Shown here piece by piece: positions 13,505 through 24,956 of a stretch of DNA of 64,000 nucleotides (its first letter is position 1; each line of letters begins with the position of its first letter). The position numbers were made by a program, and so were the translations under genes. The notes under the pieces were generated by a model, which saw only the letters and a list, made by a program, of their open reading frames with translations, did no database searches and was not told where the DNA came from. This stretch comes from Phoronis australis (lineage: Eukaryota; Animalia; Phoronida), in contig NMRA01000314.1 in the NCBI GenBank assembly GCA_002633005.1, forward strand, positions 406,898 through 470,897, written 5' to 3'.

Positions 13505-13637
13505 CGTCGCCATGGTGATCTAACCAGAGCAAGACCTGCTTGACATCTTGCTGGAACATACGTAGGCCCAGTCGTTGGTGAATTTGGTTACGTTTGGCAG
13601 CCCACGTATGTTCAAGTTGACGGTGTTCAGCCAATAC
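13505..13637 (-). CDS. trio: Trio/Kalirin-like exon, cut by an assembly N (VLAEHRQLEHTWAAKRNQIHQRLGLRMFQQDVKQVLLWLDHHGD...)
   Basis: CACAG| acceptor; matches VLHHQRQLENIWQHRKVRLHQRLQLCVFQQDVQQVLDWIENHGE; homology stops at the N at 13504. Confidence 0.93.
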
Positions 13638-14084
13638 CTGTGATAGAGATAAAACAGAAAATAGAAAGGCAAGGAACTGAATCACAAAAAAGTACATTTT
13701 GTCACCTTCCATTGTGCAATAGCTCTACTATGTTAGAAAGTATCACTCAACTGATAATTGACCAAAAAAATTGCACAATAATTTCACTGACTTTTGACGA
13801 GAAGAGGTTTTGTCGAATGTCTTTGAAAATTACTACTGTGACTTAAGTGTGACTTGAGTGTGACTTGAGTGTGACTTGAATGACAACAAGATGTGCTTCA
13901 TTTACCCAGTAAATGATTGAAACACGAGTCTGGAAAACTAGAATCAAATCAAATCACAATTTATTGTTTTAACAAAAAGTCCAATCTGAACCCAAAATTG
14001 TGAGCAGAAAACTATGCTACAGCAAAACAAAAAAACCAGCTTGATCAGTCAAAAGTGTCGTGAGCTTACGCCAATGACCCCTAC

Positions 14085-14213
14085 CTCATGGACAATGTCC
14101 AGCACGTGTCCAGCAGCACTGGAATAGTCAGCTTTGGCGGTGATTGAGCTGTTTGTAGTGGAGGCAACTGGAGTCTGTAGGGTGTCTAGTAGGGCCTTAC
14201 CATCACTACCCAC
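14085..14213 (-). CDS. trio: Trio/Kalirin-like exon, spectrin repeat (VGSDGKALLDTLQTPVASTTNSSITAKADYSSAAGHVLDIVHE)
   Basis: ACATAG| and GAG|GTAGG; matches VSQDGKSLLDKLQRP...YSKAVHHVLDVIHE. Confidence 0.95.
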
Positions 14214-14215
14214 CT

Positions 14216-14552
14216 ATGTACAGTGATACAATGAAAATAGTGATACAATGAATGGTACAATGAATACATTGATACAATGAACACAGTGATAAAATGAATA
14301 CAATGATACAATGAATACAGTGGTACAATGTATATATAGTGATACAATGACTACAGTCTGTGATACAATGAACACAGTGATAAAATGAATGATACAATGA
14401 ATACAGCGGTACAATGTATATATAGTGATACAATGACTACAGTCTGTGATACAATGAACACAGTGATAAAATGAATACAATGATACAATAAATACAGTGG
14501 TACAATGAATACAGTGATACAATGAATACAGTGATGAAATGAATACAATGAT
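14216..14552. repeat. Complex ~9 bp-based minisatellite with higher-order structure
   Basis: GATACAATG / AATACAGTG units abutting the acceptor at 14214. Confidence 0.9.
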
Positions 14553-14814
14553 GAAGGTGATACCCTTTCCTGTGTTAAGCACCTAAATAATCGCATCACT
14601 AACACTGCACTGTCATTTTCAACATCTCACTTAAAAGACACACATCATCAGTTTGTCCATACTTCAACTCACGACTTAATTTTCAAGTAACAGGCTTTGA
14701 GTTGCCATTCCCAGAAAAAAGAACTGAGTCCAAAATTGGCGTCATTAGTATTGTCGGCTTCTAATACTTTACGTAATGTTATGCGTCACCATAACCAGCA
14801 TCAGCAGCAATTGT

Positions 14815-15296
14815 TCACCACGATTAGGGTCATGCCAAGACTACATACCTCAGTGTACAAATGACTGATCACCATGACTAGGGTCATGCCAAGACTACAT
14901 ACCTCAGTGTACAAATGACTGATCACCATGACTAGGGTCATGCCAAGACTACATACCTCAGTGTACGAATGACAGATCACCATGACTAGGGTCATGCCAA
15001 GACTACATACCTCAGTGTACGAATGACTGATCACCGTGACTAGGGTCATGCCAAGACTACATACCTCAGTGTACAAATGACTGATCACCATGACTAGGAT
15101 CACATCATGACTACATACCTCAGTGTACAAATGACTGATCACCATGACTAGGGTCAGGCCAAGACTACATACCTCAGTGTACAAAAGACTGATCATCATG
15201 ACTAGGATCACATCATGACTACATACCTCTGTGTACGAATGACTGATCACCGTGACTAGGGTCAGGCCAAGACTACATACCTCAGTGTACGAATGA
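14815..15296 (-). repeat. 54 bp tandem repeat, ~9 copies, containing an exon end and splice donor
   Basis: Unit GTATGTAGTCTTGGCATGACCCTAGTCATGGTGATCAGTCATTTGTACACTGAG. Confidence 0.97.
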
Positions 15297-15412
15297 CCGA
15301 TTTCATCCATCACATTCTGGTGCTGCTGCACAGCCAACTCTAAATCTGGGATCTCCGAGGGGACCCTCTGTTGGTCAATCACATCTTGCCAACTGGCCAC
15401 TTTGCATAAGTA
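15281..15412 (-). CDS. trio: Trio/Kalirin-like exon, spectrin repeat (YLCKVASWQDVIDQQRVPSEIPDLELAVQQHQNVMDEIGHSYTE)
   Basis: TTGTAG| and GAG|GTATGT; matches YMSNVDSW...LPSELQDLEDAIHHHQ...AYSE. Confidence 0.93.
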
Positions 15413-15703
15413 CTACAATATCAACAAGTAATCATGTGATTTTCGCAAACTAAAGGAGGGTGCAACTTAACGTTACTGCATTACGTTCAAAATACACAGT
15501 CAAACTAACATTTCTGGGACATTTCTAAATTGTTTGTTATAACCCAAGTTCGTTGAAGCCACATCAAATTTTGCGCAAAACAGACAACTTGAGACTTGTG
15601 AAATGGAATGTTATGACTATGTACAGTCTAGTCGTCATTGAAGGGCACACACACATACACAAACAGTCACATTACGACTGCGCACAGCCTTTTCACATAA
15701 TAC

Positions 15704-15895
15704 CTGTTCTGCTTTCTGATGGAACATGACGGATAGATGTAGCACCGCGCTACGGTCTTCAAGCGCCGCAGCAAACGCCATCCACTCATGGTCCAGTTTG
15801 TTTGCTTGAAGCTTGATAGAGGGCGTTGCATAATGACCAGCATCAGCAAGCCTCTGTGCTCCGGACATGATGTTATTTATGTTGGCGTAGACGTT
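15704..15895 (-). CDS. trio: Trio/Kalirin-like exon, spectrin repeat (NVYANINNIMSGAQRLADAGHYA...SVMFHQKAEQ)
   Basis: CTGCAG| and CAG|GTATT; matches NVYVNINRIMSVANRLVESGHYA...FHQKAEK. Confidence 0.95.
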
Positions 15896-16159
15896 CTGCA
15901 GACAACAGTGTTGGACCATGTATAATATACACAACCTATACACATGTTTAGAGCTAATGTTTTTGATACTATCATATTACAATATGCCGCAAATAGCAAC
16001 AGAACTGCACCGCCTCATCGCCAGATCAAAAATTTTGCAGAACTTGGATGTTTTTCTAATTCAAGTAACTGTGGGGGCATTTTAGCTCTCGGAACTTTCA
16101 CAAAAATTTGTGTTTTGATCGATACACGCTGACAACAGTTGCACACATTGCACACTCCA

Positions 16160-16303
16160 GTAATTGCAACTGGTCTGATACACGTTGTACCAGACGTGCG
16201 CAGGCTGCGCATGTAGGACCACTGCACTGATCACCTGGAACCATTTCTTTGCTTTAATATGCAGTTAAAACCGAGCTGAGGAGCTAGAAACCTGACTCAA
16301 GGG
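16160..16303 (-). mobile_element. Dispersed repeat family copy (related copies at ~53121-53263 and ~13063-13113)
   Basis: Shared CCCTTGAG..CAGGTTTCTAGCTCCTCAGCT...CCAGGTGATCA...GCACGTCT...CAGACC..TGCAATTA. Confidence 0.75.
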
Positions 16304-16914
16304 TCTAGCTGTGTGACATAGTGTGACACAAACCCCTGAACTAAAGTAAAGTAAGTAGGCACCTATCACACTACGCCACCCTACCTCCTCTCCAGTAAAA
16401 TTAAGAAGGATAAATATTTCTTACCAGCCTGGCAATGATTTTGCAAAGTGCTTAGTAATTCAAAGCGCTATGTAAAATTTGGCCTAGTTCCTGTTATTGT
16501 TCTTAGTTTTGGCATTTTAATTTCATCTGACAGGATTCAAAATATCAAAATCAAAATCTACAGCTACCAAGTACAACAACCTGATAATTAACATCACGTC
16601 AGTTGCAATTAAGATTACGTTTGTGAGATCCTTAAATTGCAGCCTTCAATTTGGGACAATAAGCATTATAGAAATATATGAAATTCTCTCAGTGTTTGAT
16701 TATAGAGACTGTTTTCCTTGCAAAACAATTTCGCACTTAATAACGACCCAGTACTTTCACTTGTTTCAAAATTACAAGCATGGCCCATTTCAAGTACACA
16801 TATCACTTTCAATAGCCAGAAATACATGACCACTCGCAGTAAGCTCCAATCAGCCAAGTAAATGGACATTCCACTACAGAGAGCTCAATACAATACATCT
16901 CTGTTCACGCCTAC

Positions 16915-17037
16915 CATAGACTTCTTAGTAAACTGTGAGTGTTCTGTAAACAGCTGGTCGGCCATAGAAAAACTGGTGCCAATCTCCGTGTAGTTCATCA
17001 GAAACATCTCTTTATGCTGGCTGATCCAGTCAAACAT
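16915..17037 (-). CDS. trio: Trio/Kalirin-like exon, spectrin repeat (MFDWISQHKEMFLMNYTEIGTSFSMADQLFTEHSQFTKKSM)
   Basis: CCTAG| and ATG|GTAGG; matches MFDWITHNKGLFLNSYTEIGTS; phase 0/0; not in the ORF track. Confidence 0.95.
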
Positions 17038-17308
17038 CTAGGCGGAAAGAAACAACCGGCGTCAGTGCACTAAGTTGGAAACATTTAATGTACAAGAAAT
17101 ACCAAAATACACTCAGACATACCACATAAACAACACGGTGAACCATTTCACCCATCTGATCAAAATCACCTATCATTTAAATTAGTACTATTTAACAAAT
17201 CACACTTACAACTATCAAACCAAAAGCATTTTAATTTAAAATCATGATAAATCAAATTTCAACTTCAAACTTGAAACTGCACTTTTGATAACATGAAGGA
17301 TTACTTAA

Positions 17309-17720
17309 AGCCTATCTTGAACTGTAACACCAGTAAATTCATTTCCTACAGTATGTTAAGAGCATCGCTCTGAGCCCACTCGTGCCATAAATTGTCAGAT
17401 GTAACGAACTGTTAGTGGTATTGGCTTGCTTATGTCTACATCACTGCGAGAATCACCTTTTAATTCAAGCAGCTGTGAATAATACCTGCACGCAACGGTG
17501 TTTTATTCAGATCCCTATTCAATACAACTGTTATCGGCCTTTTGTTGTTTGTGCAGGGATCTCGCGGTGACACAACATGGAGTAAAAAGGCAGCTTCAGT
17601 TATCATTTGACAGACCAACATTTGAGCGCTTAAACTCACGTTTTCTTATTTTATTAAGGCTTTGCTAGGACTACCTGGTTAGCCCAATACATCTAAAATA
17701 AAATACCGTTGAATTAGTCT
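17309..17720. mobile_element. Non-autonomous Kolobok-like element, copy 1
   Basis: TTAA|AGCCTATCTTGAAC ... TTGAATTAGTCT|TTAA; reverse-complement similar along its length to 61705-62089. Confidence 0.85.
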
Positions 17721-18793
17721 TTAAGATGAGTTAAAGGACATACTAATATATCAAACCCGATATTGCAGTTTACACTATCAAACACAAAATAGAGGCACAA
17801 TGAAGAAGTAAGTGCATTGGCTTGATAACACCTGTACTTTGTCAGCGGAGGAACTAATTGTGACAGGACCATAAGGAATTAAAGGTAGACATTTATACTG
17901 ATGGTAACATAAAAGAGGCGAGATTGTTGAGCACATGTGTGTTAGACATGTTGTGAGTATGTTGTGCACTTTAATTGGTTAGAAGCTTGTAAGTTAGAAG
18001 TTTGAGTCTGAATGGACAAGACATGGAGCAAGAACGATGACCCTAATTGTATGCACAGTCACATGTGTCGGTACACCCAAGATCCAATAGGGGTCTCTGC
18101 ATGTTTATAGTTTCCCACACTTTTTTAAACATGTTCTTGTCAGTTGATCTAGATGTATCTCCTCTGAACACGATGGATTTGTCCAATCAAAGATCCAGAA
18201 ATAAAAATAATGTCATGTAAGACCTTTTTGAGGAACGTTAATTCAAAGTCAACAACCAGAAAACAAGGCAGCGAAAACCAGAAAAAGCATGTATTTTCAA
18301 AATGAAGAAAGATCAAGGATTATGAAAATATACTTTATACTTACGTGTCATTGTTAAAATAACGTGGCCACCCTTTTTAATTCAAATTTTCATTTTTAAC
18401 AAAGGTACATTCATAGGACGAATACCCTTTAGTAAACTTTTATTAACGAAACCTTCTTTAAAAGAAAACTTGTCGATATCTCTCAACAACGCTGTTGGGA
18501 ATTTTCGATTACTAATTTAGTTTGGATTCTACGCCAAATTATGCAAATGTAAATGTAAACGTGTACGTGTTCTCTTCATTATTGAAAATAGCATTGGGCA
18601 GCTGTTGAATAGTGTGCCTAGAAAAGAATGTGTGTCTTTCTGAGCTTATCAGAGGACTCTGAGGAAGCGGGAATCTGCAGAAGCCAGTTTTGCGTTCAAT
18701 AGAACTTGCGTTGACGCCAATATGTAGCAGTACGTCACGTGATCGCATACTACAAACAATTCTGTCAGTTGCCACTCCCATACTGTTCCATAC

Positions 18794-18969
18794 CTTAGTC
18801 ACATCATGTTCAAACAGCCTCAGCTGCAGACACTGGTCCATGCGCAGTTTCTGCGAGTGCCACAACTCTTGCACTCTGTCCATACTGCCGTGTAGCTCAT
18901 CCAAGTACTGAGATATCCTAGCAGCCGTCTCTTGAAGGTCTGGGTTCTGAAGGTTGGATGCTTCGTGAT
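18794..18969 (-). CDS. trio: Trio/Kalirin-like exon, spectrin repeat (HEASNLQNPDLQ...LWHSQKLRMDQCLQLRLFEHDVTK)
   Basis: CTGCAG| and AAG|GTATGG; matches WHVRKLKLDQCFQLRLFEQDAEK; phase 1/0. Confidence 0.95.
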
Positions 18970-19272
18970 CTGCAGACAAAGGTATGAAAAACATGTACTA
19001 AACCTTGTGAGAGAACACTGAGTGATCAGGGGAGACAATTGCTGCAGGTTTAGGGATAATCATCTAAGTGACACAACGGTAGACAGGACAGAGCCAGTTT
19101 AGCTTAGAAATATGCCCCACCAGTTGACTGGCTTCTACAGGTTGGAAGTATCATGGTGGTCAACTGAATTTGAAGGCAAAATACAAACTTCAAATTTTAT
19201 CCTTTTCATTTATACAGCAAACTAATCCTGAAGTTATAATACCCAAAGAGCTACACATCAGCAGTTACTTAC

Positions 19273-19504
19273 TGGTAGCCCGGCCACTCGCCGTCCGACC
19301 TACTTTCTGCATTAACCTTTGACCCGACTGCACCAAGATGTCAATGGGTGCGTGCATTAAAATCTTCTTAATGCGACTGAGATCCTCTAGCACATTCCTA
19401 GCACCATTAACACTGTCCGCCAATTCGGCGCGACGTATTGCACTTTCTAAGTGACCAAGTTTCTGAAGAAGATCTGAAGTTTTCCACGTGAAGTTTTCCA
19501 ACGA
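19273..19504 (-). CDS. trio: Trio/Kalirin-like exon, spectrin repeat (SLENFTWK...HAPIDILVQSGQRLMQKVGRTASGRAT)
   Basis: TTTTAG| and A|GTAAGT; matches GARNMIEEHSQLKKKVIKAPIEDLDLEGQKLLQ; phase 0/1. Confidence 0.92.
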
Positions 19505-20566
19505 CTAAAAAAGAAATGAAAAGCAGCATCAGACATTATATACCATGAACGACACAACTGTCGACACTGCCTAACTCCCGGTGATAGTAAACTTGTCTTA
19601 GAGAATATTTATTTGGATAACGAAACTCGGTACTTATCACCATCTCGAGACTGGAGAATATGTTTCTTTTGAAAGAAAAGCATCAATTGGAATCAGTGAA
19701 ACATGAAGGTATGCTTTCAAGTGAAACACGATGGAATGCGCCAAGTGAAGGCTAATTTTTCTGGTTCCAAACACAAAAGTGCATCAGAAGAGCTTCAATA
19801 CAGGTGGACAGGGACACAGATATTGTGAACATTAAAAACTCACTACAAATTTGTGCAACTGTCACAGAAAGCATTCAAATTTGAACATTGGCCTTAACAG
19901 AACCGTTGGTGTTCAATTTTGTACAACAAATCTGCAACTAAAAGGAAACACTGAAGTTTGTCATTTACATCTGATCACCGACACACAATCACTGAGAGAG
20001 AAAAGTACTATAAACTGAGCTGTGCATACTACGGCATCTTGAATAAACAAGCAAAGAATAATGATAATAATAATAATAATAATTAACCGATAACTTTACA
20101 TACTGAACTGTTCACTCGTGATTTATGACCTTCAGTGACCTTCAGTGATCAAAGAGAAATCTCAAAATTCAGACTAAGATGCATAGACCTTAAAGACTTA
20201 TCCAATGGGTAAGTTTGTTGCCCAACATCCAAGTGAATAACAAAACTGACTCAAGGTATTGTTCCTGTTATTTTGTGTATTACAGGTGCCATCATATGGA
20301 TGAAGACACCAAGCATGTTAATGAATTGTTATGTTTAAGCAACTAATGATCATAAAACCAGAGTCCCAGCCATAGCAACTGTTTACTAAAGACAGGTGGC
20401 ACTACATGACATGTGCATATTTTGATGTAGAAAAATCTACCCAAAGATTAAGATCATACTTCCGATTGATTATAAAAAACCACTGTGACTGCCTCTAGGT
20501 GGATAACGAGGTGCACTATTCTTCAACTTTCTTTCCACTGATTTGTGTTTGACATCTGAGTCGAGG

Positions 20567-20635
20567 TACCAGTCTAAACTTTATCTAAACCTACCAGTCT
20601 AAAGTCAGTCTGAACCTACCAGTCTAAACTCTATC
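20567..20635 (-). repeat. 25 bp tandem repeat x3 containing an exon end and splice donor
   Basis: TTTAGACTG|GTA with exon-end positions at 20620, 20595 and 20570. Confidence 0.85.
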
Positions 20636-20733
20636 CAGTCGTCGTGGTCATAGGGTAGCTGTCCGTTAAACTCTGACGTAAGCTGCGATGGGTCGATATA
20701 TTTGGTGAGATTGTCCAGCGAGATCATACTGGT
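20620..20733 (-). CDS. trio: Trio/Kalirin-like exon, end of Sec14 (TSMISLDNLTKYIDPSQLTSEFNGQLPYDHDDWIEFRL)
   Basis: TTACAG| and CTG|GTAGGT; DPSQLTxEFxGxLxYxHxxWIE motif; phase 0/0. Confidence 0.95.
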
Positions 20734-21571
20734 CTGTAAAAGAAGAACAAGATGCTGCGTCAACAGAAGTCACGTGATTGTGTGACGTGTACGTGATGAC
20801 CTCTCATCTGTACATTACGTACTCACCTGCCAGAAGCATAATTTCAAAAACAGTACTCAAAAGTAGTCCGACAAAAACCATTTCCTGAAGTTTGCCTGTG
20901 CAGGTACATCTATCTGTAAATCTATCTGTTGAGCGAGCACAATGGTGCACTGATTTAATGAAGAGGAAATCAAATGTGCAAAATTACAGTAATGCAGTTG
21001 TCATGACAACTGTACAATTAGGAAACTCAGACTAGGATTGACCTGTCAATGAATTTAACTAAATATCTAAATATCCATTGAGAAATATGACTTTATTCTT
21101 TCCGATGACCTTTGACAAAAATAGGTCAAAAGTACCACCGCACCCCATCCACAGTGTTTCAATTATGAAAGAGTTGAATCGTACAGTAAAATCTCACTGA
21201 TTCAGGACACAATACGGTCGTCACGAGAAATTTTATTTTCTCACTTTTTCGTGAAAGATACAAAACACCAATTAATGTTTTCTCATGCTCAAGTTCTGTA
21301 TCATAGTTACCATGGCTACCATAATTACCACAGTTAGCACCAAACATTGTGGGCATTCTTAAGAACGTACGAAGCTCTTGAAAAATGAAAAAAGACAATC
21401 ACAGTAATTATTTTTGCCAAGAATTGGTGAGACTTTACCATAAACATTTAACTCAATGTGCACATTTATACACACAGAGTTTACAAGAATGCCTGCAACC
21501 GCAGAATGTTTTTCACCATAGACCAAGTGGATTAAGACTGTAGGGTGATCTGACGACAGCTGGACACTCAC

Positions 21572-21673
21572 CTCAAAGCTATATTTGGCACTACCAAGAC
21601 TTGTCTTCTGTTTTTCCCAGAATTTCTCTGGCTTAATGATGTATACAGTGTGAATACTGGTGTAAAAGGCTTC
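21572..21673 (-). CDS. trio: Trio/Kalirin-like exon, Sec14 (EAFYTSIHTVYIIKPEKFWEKQKTSLGSAKYSFE)
   Basis: TTTCAG| and GAG|GTGAG; matches IIKPDNFWQKQRTNFGSSKFEFE; phase 0/0. Confidence 0.95.
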
Positions 21674-23723
21674 CTGAAAATAGATCATGTCTTGACGAGT
21701 TCGGGCATGAATGCAATTAATTGTACAATACCTGTTATAAGCCATTACATCAAAGCAGAAGTATTGATGAAACTTTCTATGAATCAAGTCATAGTCAGTC
21801 TATACTGCATACACATTATCACTCAAATGTTTCAAATTTCTGTCACAGATTGATCGGAAGAATTTGGTAGTAGCACCTGCTGTAGACAAAATTTGTGGAA
21901 CACATAACAATGTTCGCAAAAAAAACAGTGTTTTAAAATTATCAATCATGAACACTGCTGTGTGTTTCACAAAACTTTGTCTAAAGATTGATCAGTGAAC
22001 ACAGACCCAGGAAAAATAAAAATTTGTATAAAACATAACATCACTGAACTTCTCACAGAAGAAGACCAATAGATTACGAACAAAATAGAAACCTCGAATG
22101 TTTAATGAATACTTTTCATAAACTGACAATTTTGAGACATTCCTTTCCCAATTCATAAGTGATTCGAGCACAACAGGAAACAATTGATCAAATGTGTCTG
22201 GAACATTGAATAAGTCTCAAAAAGATGATTATAGTTAAATACCAGACAAATTTCCATCAGTCGTAACAAAACGTGATTTGGCCATTTACACTATTGTGAG
22301 GTTATCGAAGTCTTCAATGCGATTACATAAGACAAAGGCTTGAAAGCTAAGGGTTGATAATCTGGGATTAGCACTAGGAATGCTTCCTCACTAATTAGGA
22401 CATTAGCAAAGTGATTAACTGCTAAAATAACATGAGATTAGATTGATCAAATAATACACAAAGAATGTCCACCGTAATGAACATAAACACAGAGCAAAAT
22501 ATTGGGAAATAAACAGCTGAATTGCACAAACCCCGTTTTAATGAAATTCATGGAGAGATGGCAGAAGTTTTGTAACCAGAACTTTGTAAATAAAGATAGC
22601 CTTTTCAAACTTAGGTGCTAAAATAACACCACCAAAATTTAAGACAACATCCATTGACATTTTGTACTGGCTAAGCATGCCTGCCCATAAATGTTCTTTT
22701 CGGTTCAAGATCACAGACACGAACCCAAATTCCGATTCAATTAAGCATTTTTCACAGTTTACGGAACACCAGAACACAAACCCTACAAACTTTGAACAAA
22801 GACACGCGTCTCATGGAGTTTGATGTCAAATAAACCAATACAGTATTGCGGATAGGACTGATTTATTTGACCTAGTTCCCGATCGAAAATACGAAGGCAG
22901 TTTGTATCTCTTTTGTGCTTTTCGGGCATGCGTGGGTTGTAGGGTGCGACTTGTTTCTGAAAGAACTAATGAAGAAGGGCGAGAATAGAGTGTGGCAGAA
23001 GAACAGTACACTATTGCCAAGTGGGTTGAAAATACCTTGATGTTACATTAGACATGGAAATGAAATGTTTGAAAGGAACTGCTCGCTTGGTATGCTAAAA
23101 TTCACCAATATGATATCCTTGCTTATCCTAAAAACTTCAGGTGGAGTGAGATTTGTTAAATGAAAATCATTAAAAAGATAAAATTAGAGAAAATATGTTA
23201 CTTTAAGATAAAGGGTTGTTAAAATCAATCTTATTCCATTTTACCACTTACTACTTCGCAGAAAATATTCAAAATGTAAGACAGTGTTACTGGATCAAAG
23301 TGAAAAATTACTTTTGTAAAGTTTGAGAAAATGACGTTTCTACTTAGATCATGCCAAGTCCTAAATTGGAAGTGTCTCTGAAGGAAAATGTCAATTCAAA
23401 TACAAACATTGTACATTAATTTCACTTTTATTCTTTGACAAACTACGGTCGCAAACTGATGTGATCACTTGGAACTAAGGGATCTAACTGAAATTTAGTA
23501 TTTTGAGTCTGCAACGACTGTTTTGATTGCGGTATTCTGAGACTCTATCCAATTAAATGTTAGTTTTTATAAGACTTGCTTTTCAAAATCAATAGAGTTG
23601 ATTCAGTAGTAAATAACAAGTTTTTCATGTTAACTTTTGAAATGCTAGAAATCAAATTTCCCTCAAACCTGACAGAAATGAATGTATGTAGTGTAACCCT
23701 TTTGTGACATTTTTACCAAATTG

Positions 23724-24146
23724 TGTTTGATGTTAGCTGTGGAGTGCATGCTATGCTAACAACATGGTGTTTGGTGATAGTTGTGGAGTACATGCCATGT
23801 GAACAACATGGCGTTTGATGTTAGCTGTGGAGTGCATGCTATGCTAACAACATGGTGTTTGGTGATAGTTGTGGAGTACATGCCATGTGAATAACATGGC
23901 GTTTGATGTTAGCTGTGGAGTGCATGCTATGCTAACAACATGGTGTTTGGTGATAGTTGTGGAGTACATGCCATGTGAATAACATGGCGTTTGATGTTAG
24001 CTGTGGAGTGCATGCTATGCTAACAACATGGTGTTTGGTGATAGTTGTGGAGTACATGCCATGTGAATAACATGGCGTTTGATGTTAGCTGTGGAGTGCA
24101 TGCTATGCTAACAACATGGTGTTTGGTGATAGTTGTGGAGTACATN
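23724..24146. repeat. Minisatellite, 88 bp unit (two 44 bp subunits)
   Basis: GATGTTAGC recurs at 88 bp spacing; ends at a single N. Confidence 0.95.
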
Positions 24147-24353
24147 GACTGTTTTGATTGCGGTATTCTGAGACTCTATCCAATTAAATGTCAGTTTTTA
24201 TAAGACTTGCTTTTCAAAATCAATAGAGTTGATTCAGTAGTAAATAATAAGTTTTTCAGGTTAACTTCTGAAATGCTGGAAAACAAATTTCCCTCAAAAC
24301 TGATCAACATGAATGTATGAAGTGAAAGCTTTTTGTCACATTTTTACCAAATT

Positions 24354-24722
24354 GTGTTTGATGTTAGCTGTGGAGTGCATGCTATGCTAACAACATGGTG
24401 TTTGGTGATAGTTGTGGAGTACATGCCATGTGAACAACATGGCGTTTGATGTTAGCTGTGGAGTGCATGCTATGCTAACAACATGGTATTTGGTGACAGT
24501 TGTAGAGCGCATGCCATAGTAAAAACAAGGTGTTTGGTGATAGTTGTAAAGTACATGCCATGTGAACAACATGGTGTTTGGTGATAGATGAGGAGTGCCT
24601 GCCATGCTAACAACATGATGTTTGGTGATAGTTGCAGAGTACATGCTATGCGAACAACATGGTGTTTGGTGATAGTTATAAAGTACATGCTATGCTAACA
24701 TGGTGTTTGGTGATAGTTGTAC
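24354..24722. repeat. Second block of the same 44/88 bp minisatellite
   Basis: AACAACATGGTGTTTGGTGATAGTTG units, decaying rightwards. Confidence 0.95.
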
Positions 24723-24865
24723 ACACCATGTGAACGACAAAGTATAATTACTTTATTAATAAAACGTACAAAATAAAATGCCACCTACCTAGCATGCTGC
24801 AGCCTTAACTGTAGAACTGTTATGGTAACTGTTGCATTACATGTAACTGTGTATCAAACACTCAC

Positions 24866-24956
24866 CTGTAACACTTTAAGTACTGGTTTGACATTCTGCC
24901 ACGTGGTGCCTCTCATATCTATGACGACAGAGAAACCCTTGTGGATGGCGTCAGAA
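24866..24956 (-). CDS. trio: Trio/Kalirin-like exon, Sec14 (SDAIHKGFSVVIDMRGTTWQNVKPVLKVLQ)
   Basis: TTGTAG| and CAG|GTGAG; matches GFTVIVDMRGSKWDSIKPLLKILQ; phase 2/0. Confidence 0.95.

Noticed and set aside
14206-14605. Cys/His-rich ORFs that look like metal-binding proteins
   Set aside because: Translations of the 9 bp-based repeat in three frames.
14801-15400. 199 aa ORF as a standalone gene
   Set aside because: It is a Trio exon read through into the 54 bp donor array.
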